NCBI GenBank assembly: GCA_965277715.1
Contig: OZ255836.1
Coordinates: forward strand, 416,001-480,000
From: Gammaproteobacteria bacterium
Lineage (GTDB): Bacteria; Pseudomonadota; Gammaproteobacteria; JBCCGL01
DNA: 64,000 nt
Direction: 5' to 3'
The translations under genes were made by a program, and so were the position numbers. Position 1 is the first letter of the stretch. Each line of letters starts with the position of its first letter. The notes beneath the pieces are model-generated. The model was not told the DNA's origin, made no database searches, and saw only the letters and a list, made by a program, of their open reading frames with translations. Below, in pieces: positions 22,256 to 31,464 of the stretch.

Positions 22256-23050
22256 TTACAAAGTAGACAACATCTTCATCGCACTTTCACTACCGGCCCA
22301 ATATTTTCCATAACATCGCCAATACTCATACGCCTGATCGGCTCCACCCCAGGTAATCCCGCCCGACCAGCTTGATTTTGGCCGGGTGTGTCGTTTCTTT
22401 TTCAGTTCTTTAGCTACCAATGGAAGCGTATTGGTTGCCGAGACTAACAGCGGTTTAGCTTTATCGACTTCCCCCAGCAGTATCAACGCCAACGGATAGG
22501 TATAGGCAATTTCAGGGCCGCCGTCATCAGCATATGCTTTGCAGTGACGCACTATGGATAACACATCACCTTTTTCCAACCACAGTTCAGGAAGCAGATA
22601 ACGTACGCCTAAATTGTCGTTGGGACAAACCGCCAGAAGCCGGGAGTACACGGTTATGGCGGCATCCAGCTCACTTCGTTTTATGTACCACAGTCCCAGA
22701 TTATGATAGGCGCGCATAAAGGGGCGGTTTTCCAGAGCAAGCCATTCAATACGGGATTTTTTCCAGTTAAACTTTTCGGGCAGGGCCGAGAGGCCGATGC
22801 GGGTGGCTTCGCGGCAGCACAGATACGCCTCTAGCTCACGGGAGGTTTCTTCAAACAGCAACGAGAGGTGATGAAAGGCATCGATATGCCGGGGGTTTTT
22901 GTCGATGAAACTCCGAAGGAGTATTTCTGCTTGATCAAATTGCCCTTTGCGCCAATATTCCAGTGCGTTATCGAATGCCTCGCTTGTTTCCTGCGTAATA
23001 GTCGGATCACAAAAGACCCATTCGCCTTTTTCCCATTCTTCCCATTGCAT
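22256..23050 (-). CDS. TPR-repeat protein
   Basis: Helical repeats, ENRPFMRA and PNDNLGVRY motifs. Confidence 0.7.
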   Translation of the reverse strand: MQWEEWEKGEWVFCDPTITQETSEAFDNALEYWRKGQFDQAEILLRSFIDKNPRHIDAFHHLSLLFEETSRELEAYLCCREATRIGLSALPEKFNWKKSRIEWLALENRPFMRAYHNLGLWYIKRSELDAAITVYSRLLAVCPNDNLGVRYLLPELWLEKGDVLSIVRHCKAYADDGGPEIAYTYPLALILLGEVDKAKPLLVSATNTLPLVAKELKKKRHTRPKSSWSGGITWGGADQAYEYWRCYGKYWAGSESAMKMLSTL

Positions 23051-23156
23051 ATTTTCTACCGCTTACTATGTGATGTTACTTTTATATTATTCTATAAAAT
23101 TTTCTACGGCGCTATCGTAAACGCCGATGTTAAAAACCGATTTAACACTCAACAAC

Positions 23157-23696
23157 TTACACCCGCTTCTGCACATGACTAAGCGCAAGCCCCGCCAGCA
23201 AGGCCAGCCCCATAATAAATCCCGGCAACACCCAGGGGGGTATTGCTACTGGCATCCACAGGGCCATCCGCAGCAACAGGACACCGTAACCCAGCCCAAC
23301 CATACTAAACCGATGAATTACAGGGCTGGTGTAGTCAAAATTAGTCAGTCTAATCCGCCGAGTCATCCCGCCATCCCACAGGGCCGGTAGCATTAATAGC
23401 AAAGCAAACGGTAGCCAGGCCCGTAACAGCGCTAGGCGCACCAGCATTTGCTGTACGGTAGCGAAGAGTGCGGTGATGCGTCCCTCCACCCAATTAAACC
23501 ATTGCACACCCAGGTTTTCTAACTCGGTCGAGTTTTGGCGTTGTGTCTCCGTGGGAACCATAAAACGGTATACGGCTTGTTCTGCGCCGGTGTCCGTAAC
23601 CCATTGCCGATACCAATCTTTCGCGTGTTGGTTTATCCATTGTTGGGTATCCGGCCCCAGTTGCGATTGTATATAGCCCTGTTCTTTTCTAATCAC
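23157..23696 (-). pseudogene. DUF4400 (SXT s043/TraJ-like) protein, N-terminally truncated
   Basis: DGGMTRRIRLTNFDYTSP, ends HVQKRV; N-terminal TM missing, abuts an AbiEii fragment. Confidence 0.7.
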
Positions 23697-23896
23697 TTTG
23701 CCTGTCCAGTCGCCGCTCGATTAGCCGATGGGCTTTTGAGAGCGCTTATCAATGTTCCGCCCTTAAACACAATATCTGATTGGTACGCTGATTCGTGCAA
23801 GCGCTTTAGTACACGCGTCACCCAATAATCCTTTTCCACGTATACCGCCGGGATACGTTGGTACTTTGCTGTGGCTTGAATTAGCTCGCGAAACAC
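23693..23896 (-). pseudogene. AbiEii-type nucleotidyltransferase N-terminal fragment
   Basis: VEKDYWV and VFKGGT motifs, then homology is lost. Confidence 0.75.
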
Positions 23897-23904
23897 GTCA
23901 GTCT

Positions 23905-24159
23905 ATGGCAACCAGCACTAACCATTTTGTCGATAATAAAATCACCATTGATCCTGATATTTGCAATGGAAAACCGACGATCCGTGGCAAACGGATAGCT
24001 GTACAAATGATTATAGAATTTTTGAGTGTCGGTGAATCGCCAGCAGAAATATTACGTCAATACCTCTCATTAGATGCTAGTGATATAGATCAAATGGTCG
24101 CCCTCACGAAAGGCAATGTGATAGATGGCTCCATTGCTGAATCACTGCAATGCCCCTAA
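23905..24159 (+). CDS. DUF433 antitoxin-like protein (possibly degenerate)
   Basis: ITIDPDICNGKPTIRGKRI motif. Confidence 0.75.
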   Translation: MATSTNHFVDNKITIDPDICNGKPTIRGKRIAVQMIIEFLSVGESPAEILRQYLSLDASDIDQMVALTKGNVIDGSIAESLQCP

Positions 24160-24263
24160 GAAGTTTATAAATAACCAAAAAATTATACTATTAATGTAAC
24201 TATAGAGATATTTATAAACTCATAGTTTATTATATAGGGTATATAGATACTTTTAGTTTCACT

Positions 24264-25037
24264 ATGCCATCAAAACTAAACTGGTTACTCAGCAATACAA
24301 TGCCCGGTACACTCGTACTTCAAGCGTGGTTGAGTAAACATGGCATCAGCCCCTCACTTACCCAAAAATATGCCGCCAGCAATTGGCTGCAAAAAAGACG
24401 GGCGGGTGTGTATACCCGCACCGGCCGCTCGTCAGAATGGCTCGATGCGGTTCATTGCCTGCAAACGCAATGCGCACTTTCGGTTCACTTGGCCGGTATT
24501 TCCAGCCTGGCGTATCAAGGGCGCACGCATTACTTATCCCTGGGTGAGGAAACGGTATGGTTGGCACTGGAAGAAAAGGTGCACCTGCCCGCCTGGTTCA
24601 TGTACTTTGCCGACGAGCAATGGTATCGAATATCCAACGTCAAACTGACGCACTTTACTGAAGAGGACTTCTGCCACTTAACGATAAAACATACCGAAAT
24701 AAAGGCGAGTAATATGGAGCTGGCGGCTCTGGAAACGCTCGCCACAGTGTCAAATTCATTGTCGTTTGAACATGCGGCAAAGTTGTTCCAGGGTTTGGTC
24801 AACCTCAGCCCAATTAAGGTTCAGTCGCTGTTGGAGCGAAGCCGCTCTGTGCAAGTCAACCGATTGTTTCTATTTTTTGCCCACTACTACAAACACGCAT
24901 GGTTGAGCCGACTGGACGAAAGTAAAATAAATATCGGTTCGGGTAAACGGCAAATTGTCAAAGGCGGCAAGCTGGAGAAGCGCTATCAGATTACCGTGCC
25001 GGAAAATTACGCTAAAGATACAATAAACGGTGGATAA
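24264..25037 (+). CDS. Type IV TA antitoxin AbiEi
   Basis: SKLNWLL, GRTHYL, SVQVNRLFLFFA, GSGKRQIVKGG...YQITVP. Confidence 0.87.
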   Translation: MPSKLNWLLSNTMPGTLVLQAWLSKHGISPSLTQKYAASNWLQKRRAGVYTRTGRSSEWLDAVHCLQTQCALSVHLAGISSLAYQGRTHYLSLGEETVWLALEEKVHLPAWFMYFADEQWYRISNVKLTHFTEEDFCHLTIKHTEIKASNMELAALETLATVSNSLSFEHAAKLFQGLVNLSPIKVQSLLERSRSVQVNRLFLFFAHYYKHAWLSRLDESKINIGSGKRQIVKGGKLEKRYQITVPENYAKDTINGG

Positions 25038-25944
25038 AAACTCTTCACATTACAAGCAAGTTTCACTGCTGGTGCAAACACTCCCCTATATTGCGCGGGA
25101 GTCTTGTTTCGCCCTCAAAGGTGGCACGGCAATTAACTTATTTGTCCGGGATTTTCCACGATTATCCGTGGATATAGATCTGGTCTACCTGCCGTTTGAA
25201 CCGAGGGATAGTGCGCTAGTGCATATTAAGGAGGGGCTGCGGAGAATTAGCGATCAACTTAACCAGCAACTTGCACTATCGGCGGTGCTGCAAGATGTCA
25301 AACCTGACGAAATGCGCATTATTGTTGAATCCAGTGAAGCACAAATAAAGATTGAAGTTTCCCCTGTAGCTAGAGGCACACTTTACCCACCGGTAGCAAT
25401 GGATATTGTCAAATCTGCTGAAAGGGAGTTTGGGTTTGCCTCCCTGCCTGTCGTCTCTATGGCCGACTTATATGGCGGAAAACTGTGTGCTGCTTTGGAT
25501 AGGCAACACCCCAGAGACTTATTTGATATCAAGTTATTGCTTGAGGCGACGGGTGTTGAACGGGACGTATTTGACGGGTTCATTACCTATGCGCTTTGTC
25601 ATAGCAGGCCAATAGCGGAAATATTCGCCCCGAATTGGCGGGATATAAGCGAGGATTTTTATAGCTAATTTTACGGAATGGCGAAGCAGGCAATAACGGC
25701 GAAAGAATTGGCTGACGTACCCTTCCAAATGCTCAAGGCGTTGAAGGCAAATTTTACTCCGAGGGATCACCACTTTATAATGTCGTTCAAAAGTGGAAAA
25801 CCCGACTGGGAGTATGCGCCGAATGAACGTATCTAAGATTTACCTGCTATAAAGTGAAAACTAATGAATATTCAAAAAATGCCTGCGGATAAGCACCAAA
25901 AACCGGTAGAAAAACTGAAAATGGTATTGGATACATGGCTGTGA
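25030..25944 (+). pseudogene. Type IV TA toxin AbiEii with three nonsense codons
   Basis: FALKGGTAINLF...RLSVDIDL, DRQHPRDLFD; in-frame stops at 25666, 25834, 25855; frame continues to TGA 25944. Confidence 0.87.
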
Positions 25945-26232
25945 ATCACCAACCATAGTAAAACCTATAGGCAGCGCCTGATAGTTTCGTACCAGATGAC
26001 AAGGAAAATTAAGAACATCCAATAACAATCTTCACCGCTTATTGGCAGTGAGCGACAATCAGTACTTGAAGGCATACCTAACCTAATGGATGATGTCTCT
26101 GTGTTTCCCGTTATAGTCGTGTTAGTAGTCTTTCTCCTGCAACTGATTATGTAAAGAGTGGGCTGTCAGACGGCAGTTTGAAGAGTGTGTTTGAGCAGGT
26201 TTGTAATTTTTTAGAAAATATTAAATATGACT

Positions 26233-26316
26233 GACCCCTTGGGTTGTCAGCATAATTTTGATTATAATGGGGATAATCCCTTGGGTTTAAGAAGCGGCCA
26301 TTTACCGATTGAATGA
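26233..26316 (+). other. Start-less toxin-tail-like ORF 1 (DPLGCQ...LPIE*)
   Basis: Open from TGACCCC in the Asp-Pro frame; stop overlaps the next gene as ATGA. Confidence 0.55.
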
Positions 26317-26756
26317 GTGAAATTATGGATTGGATGCGTCTAGATAAATATGAGGAAGCAAATAATGTTCTTGCGGATATAGATTGGCCACACTCTTTCA
26401 TTAGAGAAGCCCATATTGTATCGCCAAGTTACATTTTACCTGATAGCTTAGGAACAGTCGCACCTGATTATTTGCCATCTGCAAGAGTGTTTATTAGTAG
26501 TGCTTCTAGAAAAATTCCAGGGTTAGAATTATTATTTGTAGAAACAGAGGAATTTTCTGCTTGGTTTAATGGTGAATTAGAACCAGATATTTCAATTTTT
26601 GAAGATAGAGTTAAATGGAAATTCTATAAATTTCATGCCTCGATAGTATCTAAGCGTTTGTATTATAGATTTTTGGAAGTTAATTCTTGGGGTAGAAATT
26701 TGCACTATGGCTGGGAAGATGTTTACAGCGAAAAAGGGGAGTTAGTCATTTTATGA
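26313..26756 (+). CDS. Hypothetical protein, immunity-like
   Basis: AT-rich 147-aa ORF translationally coupled to tail 1. Confidence 0.65.
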   Translation: MSEIMDWMRLDKYEEANNVLADIDWPHSFIREAHIVSPSYILPDSLGTVAPDYLPSARVFISSASRKIPGLELLFVETEEFSAWFNGELEPDISIFEDRVKWKFYKFHASIVSKRLYYRFLEVNSWGRNLHYGWEDVYSEKGELVIL

Positions 26757-26768
26757 ATATTGTAGCGT

Positions 26769-26818
26769 TGTAGCGTGCCATTTTCTGGTAGTATAAATTC
26801 CCAAATTATCGATCATAA
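26769..26818 (+). repeat. 50-bp repeat, copy 1
   Basis: TGTAGCGTGCCATTTTCTGGTAGTATAAATTCCCAAATTATCGATCATAA; 47/50 identical to 28731-28780. Confidence 0.9.
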
Positions 26819-26887
26819 GGGAATATAAAGCGCGAATTCAAGTAGTAAGTGCAATTCCTTCTAAATTAACGGTACAAATTGTTTATG

Positions 26888-27693
26888 ATAAAAGGGTCAA
26901 GTATACTATTGCATAATTTTGGTGTACTGCTATACTCCTTAAATGCCAAGACCTCTACGCATAGAGTATGAAAACGCCTACTACCACGTAACGTACCGAT
27001 GCACCGTTATTGCAGAGGCGTTACAAAGCGATCTGCATTGAAGAAAATAGTTATCAGCTTCAACTCTCTCGCTATATTCACCGAAACCCGCTGGAAGCTA
27101 GGTTAGTAAAGAATTTGGCGGATTACCCCTGGTCCAGTTACAACGATTATGCAAATGGTCGTTCATCACAGGAGTGGCTTTACCAGGGGGATATCCAGGC
27201 TCAGCTCGGTGTGCCTCATCAGCGGTATTTTGCGCAACGATACTGAGTTTATGTGGAGCAAGGCATTGATGAAGAAATCAGGCGATTCTACGGACGGGGA
27301 AATCAAATGCCTTATTTGGGCAGTGAGGATTTCCGCAGTTGGGCCTACGAGCAACGTGAAACTATAGATAGTGCAGTTAACCGTAGTGACTTACAGCAGT
27401 TTAGACCTATGGTAGGTGAATGGATTATTCGGGTGTCGAAATCGTTGAAGATTGAGCGTGAAGATATCCTCCGACCGTCAAGGGGAGGGTTGAAAGCGAA
27501 AGTAGCGAGAGATTTATGTATGTACCTGTGTCGAGAAGAGGGTGGGCATAAGTTGGTAGATATTGCCGAAGTCTTCGGTTTCAAGCGATACGGTAGTGTA
27601 TCAACAGCTATTAGGCACTTTTAAACTCAATTGGCAGGTGATTTAACGTTGCAAAAATTACTTAAAAAACTTATATGATACATGACCCTTTTA
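26888..27693 (+). mobile_element. Y1/RAYT-like transposase element copy 1 (defective)
   Basis: Near-identical to copy 2 but lacks about 224 bp including the HYH motif and has stops at 27244 and 27622; ends ATAAAAGGGTCAAGTA and TACATGACCCTTTTA. Confidence 0.88.
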
Positions 27694-27734
27694 CTGATAG
27701 AAGGGGTGGTTCTCGGAGGGGGGGCTGTGATTAG
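27684..27734 (+). other. Start-less toxin-tail-like ORF 2 (DPFTDRRGGSRRGGCD*)
   Basis: Open from TGACCC in the Asp-Pro frame; stop overlaps GTG at 27727. Confidence 0.45.
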
Positions 27735-28092
27735 AAATTTTCTTGTTGTATTTTTTTTAATTATATTATATTCATTTTCATTGTTTTTTTCGGAATTAAT
27801 TTTTTGGTTTTACGCAATAATTAGCCCTATAATAGTTAGTACTCTGGGATATAGTGCCTTATTGCTATCTCCTATAGTGAAAAGATTTATCCTCTCATTT
27901 GTGCCTTTAGTATCACTGCCAGTTACAGTATTTTTTCCAAATTTAGAAAATAACCAAATAATTATCTTTTTACATTTTTTTGTAATTGGTTTTGCTTTAA
28001 CTCAATTGTATGAGGCAACTTTGTGGATTTTTGAGTTGGTTTTTTCTATTTTTATAAAAATAAAAAACCACGTTCTTAGAACGTGGTTTTGA
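27727..28092 (+). CDS. Small multi-TM hypothetical protein, immunity-like
   Basis: Very AT-rich hydrophobic ORF; GTG start overlapping tail 2. Confidence 0.6.
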   Translation: MIRNFLVVFFLIILYSFSLFFSELIFWFYAIISPIIVSTLGYSALLLSPIVKRFILSFVPLVSLPVTVFFPNLENNQIIIFLHFFVIGFALTQLYEATLWIFELVFSIFIKIKNHVLRTWF

Positions 28093-28394
28093 CTTCATAG
28101 TATTTTGGGTTTTCAAAGAGCTTTCTTATTTGTGAGAAAAGCCGTATTGGGATAACCAGCTTTAGATGAAAGGGGTATTGTGTAGGTGCAGCAGGAGTGG
28201 GAGCAGAGATAATACGGGGTATCAAGAGAAAGTGGAAAGAAGCTTAGAACTAAATTTTTAGATCTATTTATAGCCGAAGCGCGATGACGGGTAGCCTGTC
28301 TTCTATGAAAGCTGGCTTTATACGCTCTTCTAGAGCGTGAATTTTTACTTAAACCATTGTTACTATCGATGATGACTAGCTGGTGAATTTAATT

Positions 28395-28859
28395 ATGCAT
28401 AATTTTCATTATATTTTTTATTTGTTACTTTTTATATTCGCAATTATAGGTCTTTTATTTCAAATTAAATTAAAACGTTTATTACTTGAAAAAGAGAAAA
28501 TTTTCTGTGAATCGATTTCTTTAACAAATAGTTTTCTAACAGATAGTCCAAGAGCGTCATGGAAATTTTTGATGCTGATAGTTTTTGATACTAATAGAGA
28601 ATCTTTATCAAATGGTGAAGTTCTAGTTAAATTGAAAAAGGCGAAAATATTTTTTTATATATACATTGTAATTTTTTTTATCTACGTGGCTTTTTTTTTA
28701 GCTGTGGCGAGCGGTGTTTGTCAAGGTAATTGTGGCGTGCCATTTTCTGATCGTATAAATTCCCAAATTATCGATCATAATATTTTTCAGCTTTCCAACG
28801 TTTTTGCCACACTCTGTGTCATAACAAAAAATATTTTTACCATCACTGCTGTCTCGTGA
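28395..28859 (+). CDS. Two-TM hypothetical protein (3' end probably read-through into repeat)
   Basis: AT-rich ORF with two hydrophobic segments; the last ~40 codons run through the 50-bp repeat. Confidence 0.55.
   Translation: MHNFHYIFYLLLFIFAIIGLLFQIKLKRLLLEKEKIFCESISLTNSFLTDSPRASWKFLMLIVFDTNRESLSNGEVLVKLKKAKIFFYIYIVIFFIYVAFFLAVASGVCQGNCGVPFSDRINSQIIDHNIFQLSNVFATLCVITKNIFTITAVS
28731..28780 (+). repeat. 50-bp repeat, copy 2
   Basis: TGTGGCGTGCCATTTTCTGATCGTATAAATTCCCAAATTATCGATCATAA. Confidence 0.9.
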
Positions 28860-28882
28860 AGATAAAGGGGCCAAGAATAAGA

Positions 28883-29917
28883 AAATAAAGGGGTCAAGTA
28901 TACTATTGCATAATTTTGGTGTGCTGCTATACTCCTCAAATGCCAAGACCTCTACGCATAGAGTACGAAAATGCCTACTATCACGTAATGAACCGAGGTA
29001 GGGGAAGGCAGCGTATATTTCCTGACGATGAGTACTACTCGCTTTTTCTTGAACTCCTTGCGCAGGCTTATAGACGTTTTGGCCTACAGGTTCTTTGCTA
29101 TTGCTTGATGAGTAACCACTATCACTTATTGGTGAAGACACCGGAAGCTAATTTGGGACGGTGTATGCGGCACATCAATGGGCTTTATACACAGCGGTAC
29201 AATAAACAGAAACGTACCGATGGGCCGTTATTTCAGGGGCGTTACAAAGCGATCTGCATTGAAGAAGATAGCTATCAGCTTCAACTCTCTCGCTATATTC
29301 ATCGAAACCCATTGGAAGCCAGGTTAGTAAAGGATTTGGCAGATTACCCTTGGTCCAGTTACAACGATTATGCAAATGGTCGTTCATCACAGGAGTGGCT
29401 TTACCAGGGGGATATCCAGGCTCAGCTCGGTGTGCCTCATCAGCGGTATTTTGCGCAACGATACCGGGCTTATGTGGAGCAAGGCATTGATGAAGAAATC
29501 AGGCGATTCTACGGACGGGGAAATCAAATGCCTTATTTGGGCAGTGAGGATTTCCGCAGTTGGGCCTACGAGCAACGTGAAACTATAGATAGTGCAGTTA
29601 ACCGTAGTGACTTACAGCAGTTTAGACCTACGGTAGATGAATGGATTATTCGGGTGTCGAAATCGTTGAAGATTGAGCGTGAAGATATCCTCCGACCATC
29701 AAGGGGAGAGTTGAAAGCGAAAGTAGCGAGAGATTTATGTATGTACCTGTGTCGGGAAGAGGGTGGGCATAAGTTGGTAGATATTGCCGAAGTCTTCGGT
29801 TTCAAGCGATATGGTAGTGTATCAACAGCTATTAGGCACTTTGAAACTCAATTGGCAGGTGATTTAACGTTACAAAAATTACTTAAAAAACTTATATGGT
29901 ACTTGACCCCTTTATTT
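28883..29917 (+). mobile_element. Y1/RAYT-like transposase element copy 2 (intact) with perfect 18-bp inverted ends
   Basis: AAATAAAGGGGTCAAGTA at 28883-28900 and TACTTGACCCCTTTATTT at 29900-29917. Confidence 0.9.
28906..28933 (+). promoter_or_regulatory. Sigma70-like promoter of the Y1 transposase (likely leaderless mRNA)
   Basis: TTGCAT-16 nt-TATACT with TGn extension, 6 nt before the ATG, no RBS; present in all three copies. Confidence 0.55.
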
Positions 29918-29923
29918 ATGTAA
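28940..29923 (+). CDS. HUH Y1 (RAYT-like) transposase with C-terminal DnaA-like HTH
   Basis: YHVMNRG, MSNHYHLL (HUH), FQGRYK, RYIHRNP (catalytic Y), YPWSSY; C-terminal ARDLCMYLCR...DIAEVFG...SVSTA. Confidence 0.9.
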   Translation: MPRPLRIEYENAYYHVMNRGRGRQRIFPDDEYYSLFLELLAQAYRRFGLQVLCYCLMSNHYHLLVKTPEANLGRCMRHINGLYTQRYNKQKRTDGPLFQGRYKAICIEEDSYQLQLSRYIHRNPLEARLVKDLADYPWSSYNDYANGRSSQEWLYQGDIQAQLGVPHQRYFAQRYRAYVEQGIDEEIRRFYGRGNQMPYLGSEDFRSWAYEQRETIDSAVNRSDLQQFRPTVDEWIIRVSKSLKIEREDILRPSRGELKAKVARDLCMYLCREEGGHKLVDIAEVFGFKRYGSVSTAIRHFETQLAGDLTLQKLLKKLIWYLTPLFM

Positions 29924-30075
29924 AAACAGTTGATGAAGCACCTGCTTTGGCTCTTGGTGTGACCCGTGCACGTAATTTTACTAAATTGTCTGTTACAAAT
30001 TTTGGTAAGTTATCAATTGCGGCTGAAGTTTTATCCGATATAGATCGAGGTTATGAGGCTTATTTCGGTGATTAA
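29905..30075 (+). other. Start-less toxin-tail-like ORF 3 (DPFIYVK...AYFGD*, 56 aa)
   Basis: 56 open codons in AT-rich DNA in the Asp-Pro frame of TGACCCC, no ATG; stop 38 nt before the next gene. Confidence 0.55.
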
Positions 30076-30113
30076 AGAGAGATGAGTTCGATAGTTTTTA
30101 ATTAAAATTATTT

Positions 30114-30581
30114 ATGAAATATACAATTTCTAAAAAATATATAAAGCGAGTAAAAAGAAGTCCTGTCTCCTATACAGTATTAGGGGTGGTATTAGGTAGT
30201 ATTCCACTTTTAGGCAAGGAAGTTCCTGTATATATAGGTGTATCTGTCACTATTAGTGTCGCTATCTTAATGGGAGGGGCTCGCTGGCTTTGGGTGAAAA
30301 AGCGAGTTAAGTTATATTATGAGCATAAACTTGAGGTGTCTCAAGGGAATTTAACCCTTGAAAATGAGGGAATGAAATCAACGTTACAATTATCTTTTGT
30401 GCATAAAATTATATTATATAAAAAAGGAAATTCTGTACATTTAATAGCTATTGAGAACACTAAAGGTTATAAAGAATGGTTATATCAATATGAAAATATG
30501 AGTGAATTGGCTGATAGTTTACAAAAATATGTTCCACTAGAAAAGATTAAAGTGAAAAGTTGGCTTTATTTATATTTGTAG
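30114..30581 (+). CDS. Two-TM hypothetical protein, immunity-like
   Basis: AT-rich 155-aa ORF following tail 3. Confidence 0.65.
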   Translation: MKYTISKKYIKRVKRSPVSYTVLGVVLGSIPLLGKEVPVYIGVSVTISVAILMGGARWLWVKKRVKLYYEHKLEVSQGNLTLENEGMKSTLQLSFVHKIILYKKGNSVHLIAIENTKGYKEWLYQYENMSELADSLQKYVPLEKIKVKSWLYLYL

Positions 30582-30638
30582 TATAACACTGCTGTCCCGT
30601 TAAGAAGAGATAAGGAGGCCTGATAAAGGAAGATAAAG

Positions 30639-30793
30639 AAATAAAGGGGTCAAGTATACTATTGCATGATTTTGGTGTGCTGCTATACTCCTTAAATGCC
30701 AAGACCTCTACGCATAGAGTATGAAAACGCCTACTACCACGTAATGAACCGAGGTAGGGGAAGACAGCGTATATTTCCTGGCGATGAGTACTA
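30639..30793 (+). mobile_element. Y1/RAYT-like element copy 3 (left end plus first ~32 codons)
   Basis: AAATAAAGGGGTCAAGTA at 30639; similarity to copy 2 ends at GATGAGTACTA. Confidence 0.88.
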
Positions 30794-31464
30794 TTAAAAA
30801 CACTGCCGGGTGTAGGGCCTCTGGTCGCCACTACCTTGTTTACAGCAATGGGCGATCCGGGTTTTTATAAAAACGGGCGTGAGTTTTCCGCCTTTTTAGG
30901 TCTCGTTCCTCGTCAATATAGTTCGGGGGGCAAAACACAACTCAAAGGTATCAGTAAACGCGGGGACGAACACGTGCGCACTTTGTTGATACAGGGGGCG
31001 CAAGCGGCATTAAGTCGAATGCCTAAACACGATGATGGGCTAAGTCGTTGGGCCTGTCGTGTCAAAGCACGTCGGGGCCATTGTGTGGCGGCGGTGGCAT
31101 TGGCCAATAAGCTCGCCAGAATTAGCTGGGCGGTAGCGGCTAATAATACAACTTACGCGCATAAAACAGCTTAATAACGTCGTTGGATATTTCTTACCAC
31201 GAGGTAGCGAAAGAGCAGTAAAGGGTATAACAGGTTAAACCGGCTCAGACAGAACCTGGAGGGGTCATGGTCTTCACAGACCGATTGCTTGATGAGGTGT
31301 CTGAGCACGGTTCCCATTATGGCTCTGGACGGATAAACAAATACAATCCGTCCTATCGAGAAGCCGGATATATGACTGCTAACCTTATTTACTGTGACTG
31401 CACTGAACGCTAAAAAATGAATGAACGATTAAAAAATTGTTGAATTTAACTGCGGGTCCATATA
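30794..31464 (+). mobile_element. IS110-family (IS1111-type) remnant: transposase 3' part plus non-coding right end
   Basis: TLPGVGP, FKNGR-like YKNGREFSAFLGLVPRQYSSGGK, AVALANKLARI (stop 31174); about 290-bp 3' non-coding region ending GGTCCATATA. Confidence 0.87.
31230..31380 (+). ncRNA. Putative IS1111 seekRNA/bridge-type RNA
   Basis: Stem GCTCAGACA/TGTCTGAGC enclosing an internal loop with GGGGTCA and TTGCTTGA around a GGTC-TTCACA-GACC hairpin; boundaries approximate. Confidence 0.6.

Noticed and set aside
27010-27624. ORFs 27010-27246 and 27253-27624 as separate genes
   Set aside because: They are pieces of the defective Y1 transposase copy 1
26769-30656. Cassette-region repeats as a CRISPR array or integron attC sites
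   Set aside because: Spacing is kb-scale and irregular, there are no cas genes, and no RYYYAAC...GTTRRRY pairs were found
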